A DNA stretch of 64,000 nucleotides. It comes from Geosiphon pyriformis uo1 (taxonomy: Eukaryota; Fungi; Glomeromycota). The stretch covers positions 493,496-557,495 of the forward strand of contig JAAOMT010000776.1 in assembly GCA_016748015.1 (NCBI GenBank), in the 5' to 3' direction. Of this stretch, positions 20,987 to 33,994 are shown one piece after another. A program made the translations under genes and the position numbers. How positions within the stretch are numbered: position 1 is the first letter of the stretch; the number at the start of each line of letters is the position of its first letter. Below the pieces are notes generated by a model. It worked only from the letters and a program-made list of their open reading frames with translations, did not search any database and had not been told where the DNA came from.

Positions 20987-21844
20987 TATTACAAATGATT
21001 ATTTGGGGTTTCAAATCAAATAACAAATCCGTAACTTGTGCTCAATATTTTGACAATGCTGGTAATACTAGTATGTTGGTTGTGTCTGAAGGTTTTAAAG
21101 TTGAGTCCTTTGTATAATGGACAGAGATTTCTTGTTTATGTTATTAGCAGTTTTCTTGTAAGTTGTTTCCCAATTTCTTTCTCAGCTTGGTGGCTGGATT
21201 TATTCTGGCATTTGTGCCCTTCTAGTAAGCTATCTGATAATATATATATATAATTCTACTCTTATTTCTGGGTCTTTTACCAGGCTATCTGTGACGTTAA
21301 TAACTCAGTGCTTTAATCTTCAATCAAGTTTTAGTAACCAACAAAATAAAAATAAAGAAAATGAAAATGAAAAGAAAGAAAAATAAAAGAATAAGCCAAG
21401 GTAATGAACAAGTTAGTATCCCATCAATAGCTATAATCAAGAGCTATTGTTCTAGTGTAGTTAAGTATCAATTGCTATCAACATGAAGTGTTGATAGTGG
21501 AGAGTGAATTTGGATAGTAAATGATTTATTTATTTAATAGTTGTAAATTCAAGATTTCTAACTAAAAAATTCTGCTTTTTCTACTTTTAATGCTACCACT
21601 ATATATACCTAATTGATGTTTTATAAGATTGCTCACATTTTCAAGTGATATGCTATGATTTCTTAAGCAATGCTCACATTACTAAGCGATGTGCTCTAAT
21701 TTTCTAACATTGCTCCACATTGCTAAGCAATGTGCTGTGTTTTCTGACATTGCTCTACATTGCTGAGCAATGTGTTTACATGCTAAATACTATTCTTTTA
21801 TTGGTCTGCTATTTTTTCTATCTGTTTTCTTTTTATGAATAACA
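20987..21844 (-). repeat. 5' LTR of element B (858 bp)
   Basis: Direct repeat of 1973-2771 with extra ~20-bp tandem units; decayed termini TATTAC...ATAACA; PBS adjacent. Confidence 0.93.
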
Positions 21845-24800
21845 TCACCCAGGAATGTCATTCTACATTTTTTTATTGAGCAACTGTTTACTGCAAGTGA
21901 GACATGATTTATTGTTCTACTTTTCTTGATATTTTGGGTATCCATATTATTCTCTATGGCATGGCTTATAGTAGTAATACATGTGTGTCCAGTAGTTTTT
22001 GTCTGGTGCCACCAAAGCTCCCATAGAAGAAAGTTTCTTCTTACAGTCTTTGCATTTGAGAGGTATATATGGCAGTTGTGGCAGTGGCTTATGGACTGAA
22101 TATAAATTTGTCCAGCCACTGTTTATTTTTTTAGTGTCAATGACTTTTTCAGTTACATTTTCTTCTTTTTTTTTTTTCTTTTTCTCTTGTTGTCTTCTTC
22201 CCACTCCTAAGTTAATGGTTTGTTTAGGTTGTTATCAGTTCCTCAGGCTTGATTGGTATTCCAGGTAAGTTCTTCTTTTTGTTTTCTTTTTTCATTGTCA
22301 TTCCAGGAGAGTATTGGTGGTAGCTTATTGTGGTCTTCTTCAGCCCATGATACTTAATAGGCTTCCTAAGTAGGTTTCTTTTCTTCTTCTTCAAATTTGA
22401 TAAGTAGTGCTGGCATGTTAATGGTCTTAAAGTAGCCACATGTGGCTGGTACACATGTGTGTCAACTGTTCTGGCTAAGTTGAAGCTTCTGTGTGTTCCA
22501 ATTCAGCATTGTATTAATTTTGGACAACCAGTCATTGCCAATAAGTGCTTGGTATTGAGTGGCTTCCATGACTAATACCTTGATTGGCACAATGATGTCA
22601 TTGACTTCTATAGAGAAGTCATCAATTTTATCAATAGGGGTTTTGGTTGCCCCATTAGTGGTGATTATGCAAGCACTGGCAGCGCAATCAACTTGGTGAC
22701 TTAATTAGTTTATGAGTTGTCTTGTGATAATGCTGTCAACTAATCCACTATCTAAAATCAGTTTGATGGAATACTTATCCACTTTGGCATCAGTGTACAT
22801 TATGGTTATGGGTTTGGTGTCTAACACAGCTTCACTAAATAATAGAACTGGGTTCATTTCTTCGAGTTTAAAGAGAAATATAGTAGCAAGAGTTTTATCT
22901 TTGGTGCTGGTTGCAGGTGAAATATTATTGGTAAGTGTTGGTTGTTGGTTGGATTCCAGATTATTGGGTGAGACATCTTCTGAGGTAATCAGGAGACTTA
23001 AATAGTATTGTAAATTTGGGTTTTGGATGTACCCAGTTTCCAAGCTTTGAGAATGTAATCCTGATGGTTGGTTGAAAGAGTTGGAAATTGGTTGATGAAC
23101 AACTATCGCCGATCTCCAGTTTTGAGTGATCCATAATCTGGGGTTTTCTAGTGTCATTTGAGCTGGGTTTGATGGCAGTGTTTGAACTGTGGGTGTTTGA
23201 TAAATTATTTGGGGCTGTGGCAGTTAATATATTATCTGTGGCTGTGGTTGATAAATTAGAGGTTAATATATGTGTAGTTGGTATATTGATGGTTATGTCA
23301 TTGGTAGGTAAATGATTTGATATTGATCTTAATTTGGGTGATGGTTCGGAGTTTGAAATTAGTAATCAGGGTTTTTGTATTGATTTCTCAATCATGGATT
23401 ACTATAAGAATGACAGTTGATTCTAATGTGACCTTGTTTACCACAGTTGTGACAAACATGTATCTCTTGCTGCCATATTTGATTAGATGCCGAGGGATGC
23501 AACTGATTTTGGAAACAATTGGCATTTTCTACATTATTGTGTCATTGTGGTGGCTGATAAATTGTGCAATTGTCAGCTAAGTATCCCTCTAATTTCTAAT
23601 TAATTGAATTACTAAATTGTTTCAATTTGAAATCCAATTTAGATGATCCATTTATCACTAAATTAACAGCTTGAGCATGGTTGGCTTCTAACTCAGCTGA
23701 CTCAAAGTCTCTGGTCTGAGTAATGGCAGCTTGAAGCATGACTGAATGTAATGGGCATACATGTTGGAAAATTTTACTGTACAGGCCACAAATGAACTGG
23801 CTCAAAATCTGTGGCACTATAAAATAGTTGGCATCAATTGCTTGGATCTGATGCAGATTTCAATAGAAGCATTCTAAGTATATAGTAATTGCTTCTGTAT
23901 CTCCTTGTTTGATTGTATTGAAAGTATTGGCCAAGTGATTAATACTATTATTATTACTAAAATATTTTAAAAATTCAAGTTTGAATTCCTGGAAGGTTTT
24001 TAGTTTGACAGCTAAGCTCTAATACCATAAATTAGCAGTATCTTGGAGAAAGTATGAAATTGCTTGGAAGGCTCTGTTATTGTTCCAGTTATTTGCCATA
24101 ATTGCTTTGATGACATCATTGATCCATGTCTAGGCATTGTCTTCTTTGCCAGTAAATTTTTCTAGTTTCACAATTGGTGCAAACACCATAAATTGTTGTT
24201 GCTGTTGTTAAAGTAGTTGTTGTTGAGGTGGTCCTTGTAGTGGTTGAATTTGCTGATTCAGTTGTTGGAGTAGCTACTGTAAGGATTTGGCTATTGGATT
24301 AATTGGTGGCTGATTGATGATTCTTATCAGAGATAGGTTTTGCTGATCAATTAATTCGGAATTTGGATTATTCTGATTTTCTTGAGTTTAAATATTCAGA
24401 GTTTTACTTTCCAGATTTTCTGAAATTGGGTTTTGATAAGTAAATTTCTGATCTTCAGCTTATTTTTTTTCTTCTTTTTCTGATTCTGTTACTTCCTATG
24501 GATCAGCTGTTCCAAAATCTGGTGGCAGTAGTGGTAATTGAAACTCTGATAGTGTTGGCAATTGTAAATTAAATCCTTTAAAATATTCGCCATATGGTCC
24601 TAATAGATCTGTTTTTTTTTGTTTACTTTGAAATAGAAGTCAGCCAAATATTAATGTTATGTTTAATATGGACATGTTTACTGATGTTATGTTGATGGCA
24701 CTTCCAAGTGTATAGTGGTAGGATGGATTGTTTGATGACTTAACTCTGGTTTTTTTCCAAGTGAGTGGTTGTATCCTTTGAGATATCACTGCTGATGTTT

Positions 24801-25969
24801 GCAGTTTTTTTTTTCCTTTACTGGCATATGTAATTGGGTATCTTTGTTGAGTGTGATATTCAATTTCTTTATTGATTTCTGTAATGATGGATGCAAAATT
24901 GTGGTTTGTTGGTTAGTGTTTTGAATTAATTCGTTGTAAAAGGTTTCTCTTGCTGACTTGGTATTTACTAGTGTCCCTAACAGATAGGCAATTTTCTCGT
25001 TAAAATAGAAATTAAAGGCTAATTCTGCTAATATGTAATTGTGGTTTAATTCCAAATGTTAACAGTAGTGTTGAAATAAGAATTTCACGAATTCTAAATG
25101 GTTTGCTCCTATTTTTTTTGATTCTGCCACTTTTGGATAGATGTAGTTGGTGCTGGTTCTTTGTAGGATTATACTTTACAGGGAGCACCAAATGTTACAA
25201 GTAATTATTTGGGGTCTCAAAGCAAATAACAAACCTGTAACTTGGTGCTCAATTGCTTTTAATGATATTGATTTCTGAAGGTGGTTTGTATTTAAAGGTT
25301 TTGGTTAAGTTCTTTATATAATAGACAAAGATTCAATAGTCATTTTCAGTAGCCTCCTAGAATCACAATTTTGTCAATTTTTTTCTTGGCTTGGTGGTTG
25401 GCAATCCTCTGATAAGTAATCCATAATTCTTGTACATGCTCTACCCATTCACAGAGGTCTTTTACTAAGCAATCCTTGATGTCAATAATTCAGCACTTAA
25501 TCCTTAATCAATTTAGTAAACAACAAAAAAAAAACAAATAAAAAAATAAAAGAAAACAAAAAAAATAAAGAAATAAGCCAAGGCAATTTTTTCAAGTTAA
25601 TATCCCATCAATAGCCATAATCAAGAGCTATTGTTTCAGTGTGGTTAAGTATGAATTACTATTAACATGAAGTGTTGATAGTGAACAGTTATTGATATTT
25701 GTAATGTAGAAGGTTGCTTAGATCAAAATCTAAACTAAAAGGTCTGTTTTTTCTACTTCTAATACTACTGCTATATATACATAATTGAGATTCCTTAATT
25801 CTATAATTCTTCACACCAGAAATCTTGGAATTTCTAAAATCCTACAATTCTTTTTAAGAGGAATCCTGCAATTCCTCTTGAGAAGAATCCTGGAATTCCA
25901 CATTTACTACAGCTACCTCTTATTGGCTAATTTATATGCTAATATACATTCTATGTTCTATGAGTAACA
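21845..25969 (-). mobile_element. Ty3/Gypsy element A, upstream part (5' LTR, PBS, gag, protease, start of Cys-rich module)
   Basis: LILDSGLVDSII protease, CKDCKKKLSSMG, gag similar to B; PBS at 25178-25192; sequence at 21845 continues that at 1972. Confidence 0.9.
25193..25969 (-). repeat. 5' LTR of element A (777 bp)
   Basis: TGTTAC...GTAACA; similar to B LTRs in R/U5; followed on the minus strand by PBS TTTGGTGCTCCCTG. Confidence 0.88.
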
Positions 25970-26397
25970 ATGGCTATTAACAGGATACTAACTTAATTGT
26001 CTTGGCTTAATTTTTTTATTTTTTTTTATTTTTTTTATTTGTTTTTGTTGTTTACTAATTGATTAAAGATTAATACACAGAATTATAGATGTCAAAAAAA
26101 CTGGTAAAAGATCTGTGAAACAAGAGTAAAACACTTGCAGAATTGAAAATAGCTTACTAGGAGAATTACCAGCCATTACATTGAGAAAAAAATTTAATAG
26201 AATTGCAATTCTGAGAGACTACTGAAAACAACCATTAAATTTCTGTCCATTATACAAAGAACTCAAACCCAAAATCTTCAGATCATTAAAACTCTTCAGA
26301 TCACTACAACCTTTAGATATTACTATTGTATCAATTATCAAGCACCAAGTTATGGGTTTGTTATTTGCATTGAGACCTTAAATAATTACTTGTAACA
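25970..26397 (+). mobile_element. 3' half of an A/B-related LTR (element D) in opposite orientation, interrupted by element A
   Basis: Reverse-complement similarity to 25193-25620; ends in TGTAACA; no PBS follows, so it is a solo or 3' LTR. Confidence 0.8.
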
Positions 26398-27030
26398 GTA
26401 CACAAGACGCTAATACCAGAAAAAAATTGATTTCTAATACAATTAAGACTTGAACTAACTTGCTGGGTGTTAGTAATGCTGGCTGTATAGCAATTTGGTT
26501 ATTACATGAGACTGAATTTTCTGGTTGCCTATATATGGCTTTGGCCAAAGGTTTTGTGATAAAGGAGTAGATAACTAACACAGTAAGTTTGTTGAGTTCT
26601 GGATCTAATAAAAATTTAATGGTTATTAATTTGATCTGGAGTTTTGCAGATCATAGATCTGCTATCTGGATACTGACTGCCAAATTAAGGATATATTATG
26701 AGAAATAAAGCCTTCTGCCAAAAGATAGATCTATAATTCTAGTTGTTTCTGGTTTAGCATTTTTGTGGTTCCATAAGATGATTCATGAGTTTGGTTTTAA
26801 ATTAAGCATTTATGTTTGTTTTGGTTTACATTTTGATTTGGCAAGTATGCATTTTGGTTTTTTGTACAATTTTTTTATAGTGGTGGATTTAGGTGTATAA
26901 TATTGTCTTGATTGATCCAAGTAGCTGATCACATATAGAAAAAGCATGAGCCATACTTAATTTAAGATCTTATTTGATTTTATGTACTTAAATAGTGGTT
27001 GAATTGCACTTGTAAAACTTTAATAATAAT
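26398..27030 (+). mobile_element. 3' end of a decayed LINE (ORF2 C-terminus and 3' UTR), interrupted by LTR D
   Basis: (C)TQDANTRKKLISNTIKT*TNLLGV and LYMALAKGFVIKE* align with CAQNADIQKEILSKASAFWASLVGV and LYSVICKDFMLKDW of the LINE at 27420-28829; shared 3' UTR motif; A-rich tail. Confidence 0.75.
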
Positions 27031-27249
27031 AAAAAAATCTTTTGAAAAAATAATTTTTAATTAAAATTATTTATATTATTAATAATTAATAAAAGCTTTA
27101 TTATAAAAATTAGAAAAAATATTAAAGACTATTAATATTTTATGTTTTTAAATTAAAAAAAAACTTTACTACTACAAACAGATTTTAAATTAGTCTTTAA
27201 AAAAAATACATAAATATATATAATAATTTAAAAAATAAAAAATAACTTA

Positions 27250-30200
27250 TATTTTTTTTTATTAAAGTATTTAATGAATGTAGCCCAACCACTATCTAGT
27301 ACATAGAGCCAAACTAAATGGTTCAAACTAAATACAGTTCACGCATTTTCTATATGTGGCTAGCCACTCGGGCCAGAAAAGACAATACTACACACCTATA
27401 TTAACACAGAGACTACCATCTAAACCAGAAAAAAAAAAACAAGGCCTGCGATAGCCAAAGCTAACAGCAAAAGATTCCAGCACACCAAGGAATCTGACAA
27501 CACAGAACTCACACGACATGACAGATCTGACAACTCACTATTATTACCAACCAAACCAGCCTTCTTTATACATACTTTAAACTCAGATCTTAACAACCAC
27601 ACTTTAGAATAATACAACTCAACCAACCTCCCAACCAAATTAACAACAAGGTTAACAGCTTTTTTTTTCTCATTAAAAACCTCAATAGTCTTCTTGCACC
27701 AATCCTTCAACATGAAATCCTTGCATATTACTGAATACAAGCCAACATCCAAATGACAAAGATCAAGCACCTGAGAAATGGCAAATGAAGATAAGCAGTA
27801 GACACCAACTAAGGAAGCCCAGAAAGCAGAAGCCTTGGACAAAATCTCTTTCTGAATGTCAGCATTCTGAGCACAAGTAAAGACATGATCCAGCAGTTCC
27901 ACCTCACCACACAACAAACAAAGCACACCAGGATACTTTTTATCATAAAGCCTTTTACAGACAGCAATAGGCAACCTATAATGCACAGCTTTCATCATAT
28001 ACATATGCAAAGTGGCCAATCTCTGACTAGTAAATCCCACAAGTATGTATGAATCAGAGTGCCACACCCTTGAGGTGGTGACCCAATCCACATTGCTAAC
28101 TGACACCCTTGAAATCACATTATGATCAGGACCTGCTTTCCAATGAGCCCTAGACACAGACCTAAACACATCCCAAACAAAATGATGAGTATTGCCAGAC
28201 ACAGCCAAGCCCTCAACCATCAGAAATTGTTTTTGCACACTCATGGGCAAAAAAACTGGAGAATCTGCTGCTTCACCAGCCAAAGTATTAGCCTTCACAT
28301 TACTGGCCACCCCAGAATGACTCTTGACTTTAATCCAATACACAGTAAGATCTTTATACTGGACCAAATTGTAAATATGTCTCCTCTCTATCCAGCAATG
28401 ATCACAAAAGTTGAGAAAGACTAGTACTATTTCAGACACACATGCATCAATAGCAGCTTGACTATTAAGATATACATCCACCCTACACAAGAATAGAACA
28501 CACTCCAAAGCCAAGGCAACTGCATGTAATTCAGCCATTGTAGAAGAAAGAAGGCCCCAAACTCCAATGCTAATACTCATGTCCAAAGCCGGAAAATATG
28601 CAGCTGCTCTACACATGATCTCAGCAGAACCAGTATTTTTCAATAAACCATTAGTATAAACTTCAAAATTACCAGACCAGACTTTATGCAAACCATCCCG
28701 AATATCCACAAATCCCTTGGAATTTGAAATGCACAAACTGGGCAAAAGCAAAAAAGAACCCACCAAGACAGATTTAAAAGAACTCTTATTATTCAAAAAT
28801 CTAGAAATGAGCACAAACCAATAAGACACAAAGTCCCTAGGATCTAATTTTTTCCAGCAGTAAAAAGTTTTCCAGTCTATTACCCTCTTTTTTTTATCAT
28901 ACAGTCAGTCACTAAAGGCAACTCCAAAATGCTTTAAAGAACTAACAGAATCAAAAAACAAAGACTCTCCCAAGACCAAAAACATTGAAAAGACACCAAG
29001 ATCATGGAAGGCATTGGGTAATTTATTTGCCAAAGATAACTCATTGTCCAAAAAAATCTTAATTACACCAGCCAAAAAATTGTTTACTGGGCTAACACAC
29101 AACCTTGTAGGAAACTACAAAGGATTCAAAAGAGCCCAACCTAAAACTTATAAATCCAGAAACTGGTGATAAAACAAATGACCAAGAATCCCATGATCAT
29201 TGGAAAATGAGATCACAGCAGCCAATTTACTCTCAGTCTGGACTTGTTCAAACGACTTTAAACCATACAAAAATGGGTGATGCAAAGCTTCACTAGGGAA
29301 ATTACACAGCAAACATGCTTTAAACTTGAGATTTTTCCTAATCATAATGTCCTATTTGTGACAAACATTCAACAAAACAAAACTAAACTGAGTTTAGTAG
29401 CCAACTATAGGCTGCAAGACAGCCAAAACCAAGTACAAAAATTGTTTATTCATAACAGCTTTTCTGAGCAAAACATTGGTGAAGAAATGAACATCAGAAT
29501 AAGCTTTGGCAATACTAGGCTTGAACAACCCCTCTGTAGACAAAAACATTCCCAAATAACAATGTGTTTCACCTTTTTTGGCTATTGAAATTGGCTGCCC
29601 ACAAATACTTAAAGAAGCTGCTCTAACACCTTGATTAATAGGGATAGCTACTGTCTTTTTACTGTTGATAGAAATATCATTAATCACAAAAGAACTCACT
29701 AACAATATCCAAAGCATACTGGATGGAGGCCTGACAATTTCCAACCCAAATAGTATTATCAACAAATACACCAGCTGCAAAATAAGACATCTTACTACCA
29801 CCATTCTTAATTCTATTTGTTCTTGAAACAAATTTAGTATCAATCTAGTATCCACACAATTGTTCATGTCATTTGATCTCACATAAGAGTGGATCATAAA
29901 AGATCCTCTACAAAAGGAATGAGAAGACCTTACCTTGATCCAACTTATCATGGACTCTGTAGCCATCTGACAGACCAAAATCAATCATTATTTTGTTTAA
30001 TCTATTTTTATATATATTCCCAAAGAAATCAATAAATCTGCTATACATTTTAATATACTGCAAGCTAGCTTTTAGATGGTGCCATCCAACAGAATTATAT
30101 GCTTTTCTCATGTCTTACTGAACCAACCAGATTTCTCTATTCTTTTCAAAAGCATCTTTAATTATTAACCCAATGGCAAACACTGGAAATTGAGTAGATG

Positions 30201-33200
30201 TACTCTTTAGTACTAAAAAGTTGTTGTCTCAGAAAACATTGAATTTGCTATATACTAATAAGATACAATCTGACAAAATCTTAAACAAAATCTTTCTAGC
30301 AGTCTCAATTAGTACTATTGGTTGAGTGTTTGTAAGAACACCATTCCAGTTATATGGCTTAGAAATCATCAAAACTCATGCTTTTTTCCACAGAATGGGC
30401 ACTTCACCAACAGTCAAACATGTATTCAACAGCACCAACAAACACTTTAACACCTCCTCACCACTATGCTTTCATAATTCATTGGGAATGCCCAACAGAC
30501 TGACTGCTTTGCCATCAGGCAGACTACCAATAACCAGGGCCAATTCACTCATGTCAATTGTACACATTATACTGGAGAAGGTATTATCTCTAACATAGCC
30601 CAGTGGTGTATACTGATAAGCCCACAGATTAAACAGCACCAGAAGCACTGAATGTTTTCTTGTTCAACCCTTCATGATCTTATCTACATCTGACTTTACT
30701 TTTTTAGGTTTTAAAACCAACTCATTATCTACCACCAAGTGGTCTAACACTATCTTGCAAAATGAATGATCCAAAACACTTCTAATCAAGCCATCTTTGT
30801 CTAAACAAAACTTCTCTATGCATTTTTTGATTGCATTCCTAATTAACATTTCCTTAGCCAATTTCGATTCATACATTTTGGATTTTCTATATTCTCTCTT
30901 GACAAGAGATAAATGTTTGAAAATGTTCATCTGTTTCTCACCAGCCTGAACCATACAAGTAACAATGAGAGCCTTATCAACATCTAATGTTAACCATCTC
31001 TTCACAAAATTATTGAAACCAAGAATGTCAGCTGAACTCAACTTTTTGACAATTTTCGCAACTAGCAACTCAAGCCCCAGAAATTTAGAGGGCTGTTTAT
31101 TTTTCAAGCACCAAAATTTACTGAACCAATGCTTAAAGAAAATTTCATCTGCAGATTCTACTATTACCCTCTCTAATACTGACCATATTGAGTCTAAATT
31201 ATTATTTGCAGCAGCAGTAGAAAACCTATTCTTTGCTCCCAAAAGTCTGGCAGAGGAACAATCCTTATAATGTAACCACTTGGCGTCATCTGTATCCTTG
31301 ATCTTAAACTTCCAACAATCTCTGTTAGTCTATTTCCACAAGTTATTTAACTGAATATCTAAAAGCCCACCCAACCTAATAGACATTATAACAGCATTAT
31401 GATTAGTATCAAAGAAATCTAAAACAGAAATAATCTTGTGACCAGCCACTGCCAACAACAAACACCTACTCACAAAAATATAGTCGATAACTTTCATAGC
31501 ACCCTTTAAGTTGCCCCAAGTAGAAGCATTGACCAATGAATGTTCATTAAAAGCATTGACCAAGCCCAACCCTAAGCAGAACTTAAAACTAGCACTTTTT
31601 CTAGACCCATCTTTATTGAAATCTTCACCTAGCACCACAAATATAGAGGAATTAACAGTCTTGACAATAAAAAAGTTGATCACAGAGAACTGACCAAACT
31701 TAGCCTCAGCAAAAGCACCAGCATACAGACCCAAGATTGTCACCAACAGCTTGTCTTTAAATAGGAGCTGAACAGATATAAAATGACCAGAGACTTTCTC
31801 AATTTTCACAACATAACATGTGAAAAAATTGTTCAAAATGATCATCACCTCAGTACCAAAAAAACTTTTGTCCACACCAGAAGAGAAAATTCTTACTTTA
31901 TTAAATCTGTTCATGATTTATGGTCTTGTATTAGGCCTTAACTTTGTTTCTGTAACAATAGAAACCATATTTTTATATTTTATGTGTCAACAAACAATGT
32001 CTTTCTGCTTGGCAAGAACATTGATACTCTGAACATTACATGTAGCAAATCTCCACACTAGCTCTGTTATTGAGAAAAAAAACAACACGAACCAAACCAG
32101 TATTGTCCATTTTGGCCAAAAGACCCATAACTGTAATTGCAAGATTTTTCAAAATGTCTTCCATTTTTCCAATAACAGAAGCATCAAAAACCACTACCCC
32201 CACAACAGTTCTACTACCAGTGGCCACACTCAAATCCTTACTCATTACTATATCTGCCCCTTAATTCTGTGATGAAAGAGTTACCAACAGCTGACATCCA
32301 GAACTAAGCTGGAAAACCATAGACTCAGATGATTCCAATCCCTTAGCCAGTATATCAACATGCTCTGCAAGACTGACAAGACTGTGCTTAAAAGTGGCAA
32401 ACCTATCATTAATTTTAGTTACAATTGGTAGGAACAGCTTCATCTCTGAAGAGGAGCCAACATTTACTGAACCAACTCAGTGAGAGAGAGAGGGAGAAAA
32501 AGATCTACTAGCAATCTTTACTCAAGAGAGACCACCAAAAGAAATGGGATAAGCAACTGGAGCAAATTATTTGGCATATATTACAGCCAGCCTGCTTTTA
32601 TCTGCATCCAAAAGCACTTTACAGAATGAACTACCATAGAAAATCTTTCCACTTTTAGCACAGCCCAATGATGTGTGACCTGACTTCTCACACTTGGCGT
32701 ATCTAGCAGAAACAAAACTAGACCAATGTAAATTAGTGCTTTTGAATACTAGAGTAGTCCCCATGGTAGCATTCAATGACTCAACAGAATCAAAACAAAC
32801 AACTGTGCACCTGATCTAAGCATATATAATCGGATGACAATCAATGATGTAAGTTTTTCTACTTATAGATTTAACAAAGTCCCAAATGTTATGAGTATTA
32901 GTCCTCATTGGTAGTGTATAGAGCAGTGCCCTATGATAATCTCTTGTATCTTATGTTTTTTTGTCTAAATCAGCTCTGGCAACATGCACAGCATTCTTCT
33001 TAATTAGGATGAATCACTCAGCTGTGACCAAATCAGTGTGATTTGATTGCTCAAATTTCACTAATGTTTTCTGCCACAGCTTCACCAATTGCATCTTAAT
33101 CAACTTAATTATCCCAAACTTGGATAGCACAGTACACACAGCCTTAGCTGATGTTCCAACAGGAATTTTTTTAATCACCACAGCCCGATCTGAACAACCA

Positions 33201-33990
33201 GCTAATTTTTTGAGATTATTGTTTACCAAAATATCTGCTGTTTTCATCTTTTCTATAGCCTGTACCAAACTAGATTTGGAAATGAAGGAAGCATAGATGA
33301 TCCCTGAAAATTTTGAGGGAGTAGAGACCCCCCCAAAACCATTAACTTTTGAAAACAATTTTCTAATCACCATCAGCTTTTCTTGAGAGGATTTTCCAAC
33401 CACTTTATCCAAGCCGATATCCAAAGCAAAAGATTTTCTAACAGAAACAGAAACCAAATTTTTCAAGGAAAAGGAAAGCTCCAGAGGAGTATCCAAAAAA
33501 ACATCATTATTATTATCATGACCTGAGAAATTTATCTTACCCAACAGCTTGCCCAATGCTTTAGTAGTTTTGACACTTGGCTCTTTAGGTGTATGCTCAT
33601 AATCTTCATTAATTAAGATGCCTCTCTCATCATAATCAAAGCTGGTTTCCTTAACCAGACATTCTTCTTTTATATTAATGCTTTCAGACTCAGTGGTATT
33701 ACCAGTCTCAGAACCCCAAGAATGACCACTTGGCATCTCAGTAGGCACTCCTTTGCTACCAACATCCTCTTTCAAAGCAACACTTTTCCTTTTCTTCCTT
33801 GACAAAACAGGCTTGAAACCATTACCAAAGCCAGAATTTTTAACAACCTTCTTTATGATGACAATACTAGGGCCAACAGTGGTCTCAAAATCAAAAAACA
33901 GTTTGGTTTTATCATATTGAATATTGAAAAAACTTCTTTCAAAAAACTACTGACTCTTTTTGGGAATTTTTGAAATGAACAAGAGAATAA
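27250..33990 (-). mobile_element. Near full-length decayed LINE: ORF1 (RRM-like + CCHC) and ORF2 (APE endonuclease, RT, RNase H, CCHC)
   Basis: ORF1 ~33890-32070 (VVIKKIPVGTS; decayed knuckle YAKCEKSGHTSLGC). ORF2 ~32080-27400 with FATCNV, (G)DFN, IDYIF, TNH (APE); KAYNSV, QGKVFS, FVDN(D)TIW (RT); VYTNG, AELHA, SQAAI, KVKSHSG..SN.KAN (RNase H); CLLCGEVELLDHVFTC; A-tail near 27250. Confidence 0.9.
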
Positions 33991-33994
33991 AGTT

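Larger units (their letters stand above)
1973..21844 (-). mobile_element. Full-length decayed Ty3/Gypsy element B nested in element A (itself interrupted by element C)
   Basis: Two similar LTRs (1973-2771, 20987-21844); PPT at 2772-2786; PBS at ~20971-20986; flanks TCGC/TCAC form a 4-bp TSD with one CpG transition; gag-PR-dUTPase-RT-RH-IN fragments in order. Confidence 0.92.

Noticed and set aside
21625-21790. Short periodic repeats resembling a CRISPR array
   Set aside because: Units are contiguous and degenerate with no unique spacers, they lie inside LTRs, there are no cas genes, and the context is eukaryotic.
9369-26400. Targeting of zinc-finger codons (C inserted in a CCHC His codon, D in a LINE CCHC Cys codon, B in the Cys-rich module)
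   Set aside because: Only three events; likely chance or a mild preference for TG/CA-rich target DNA.
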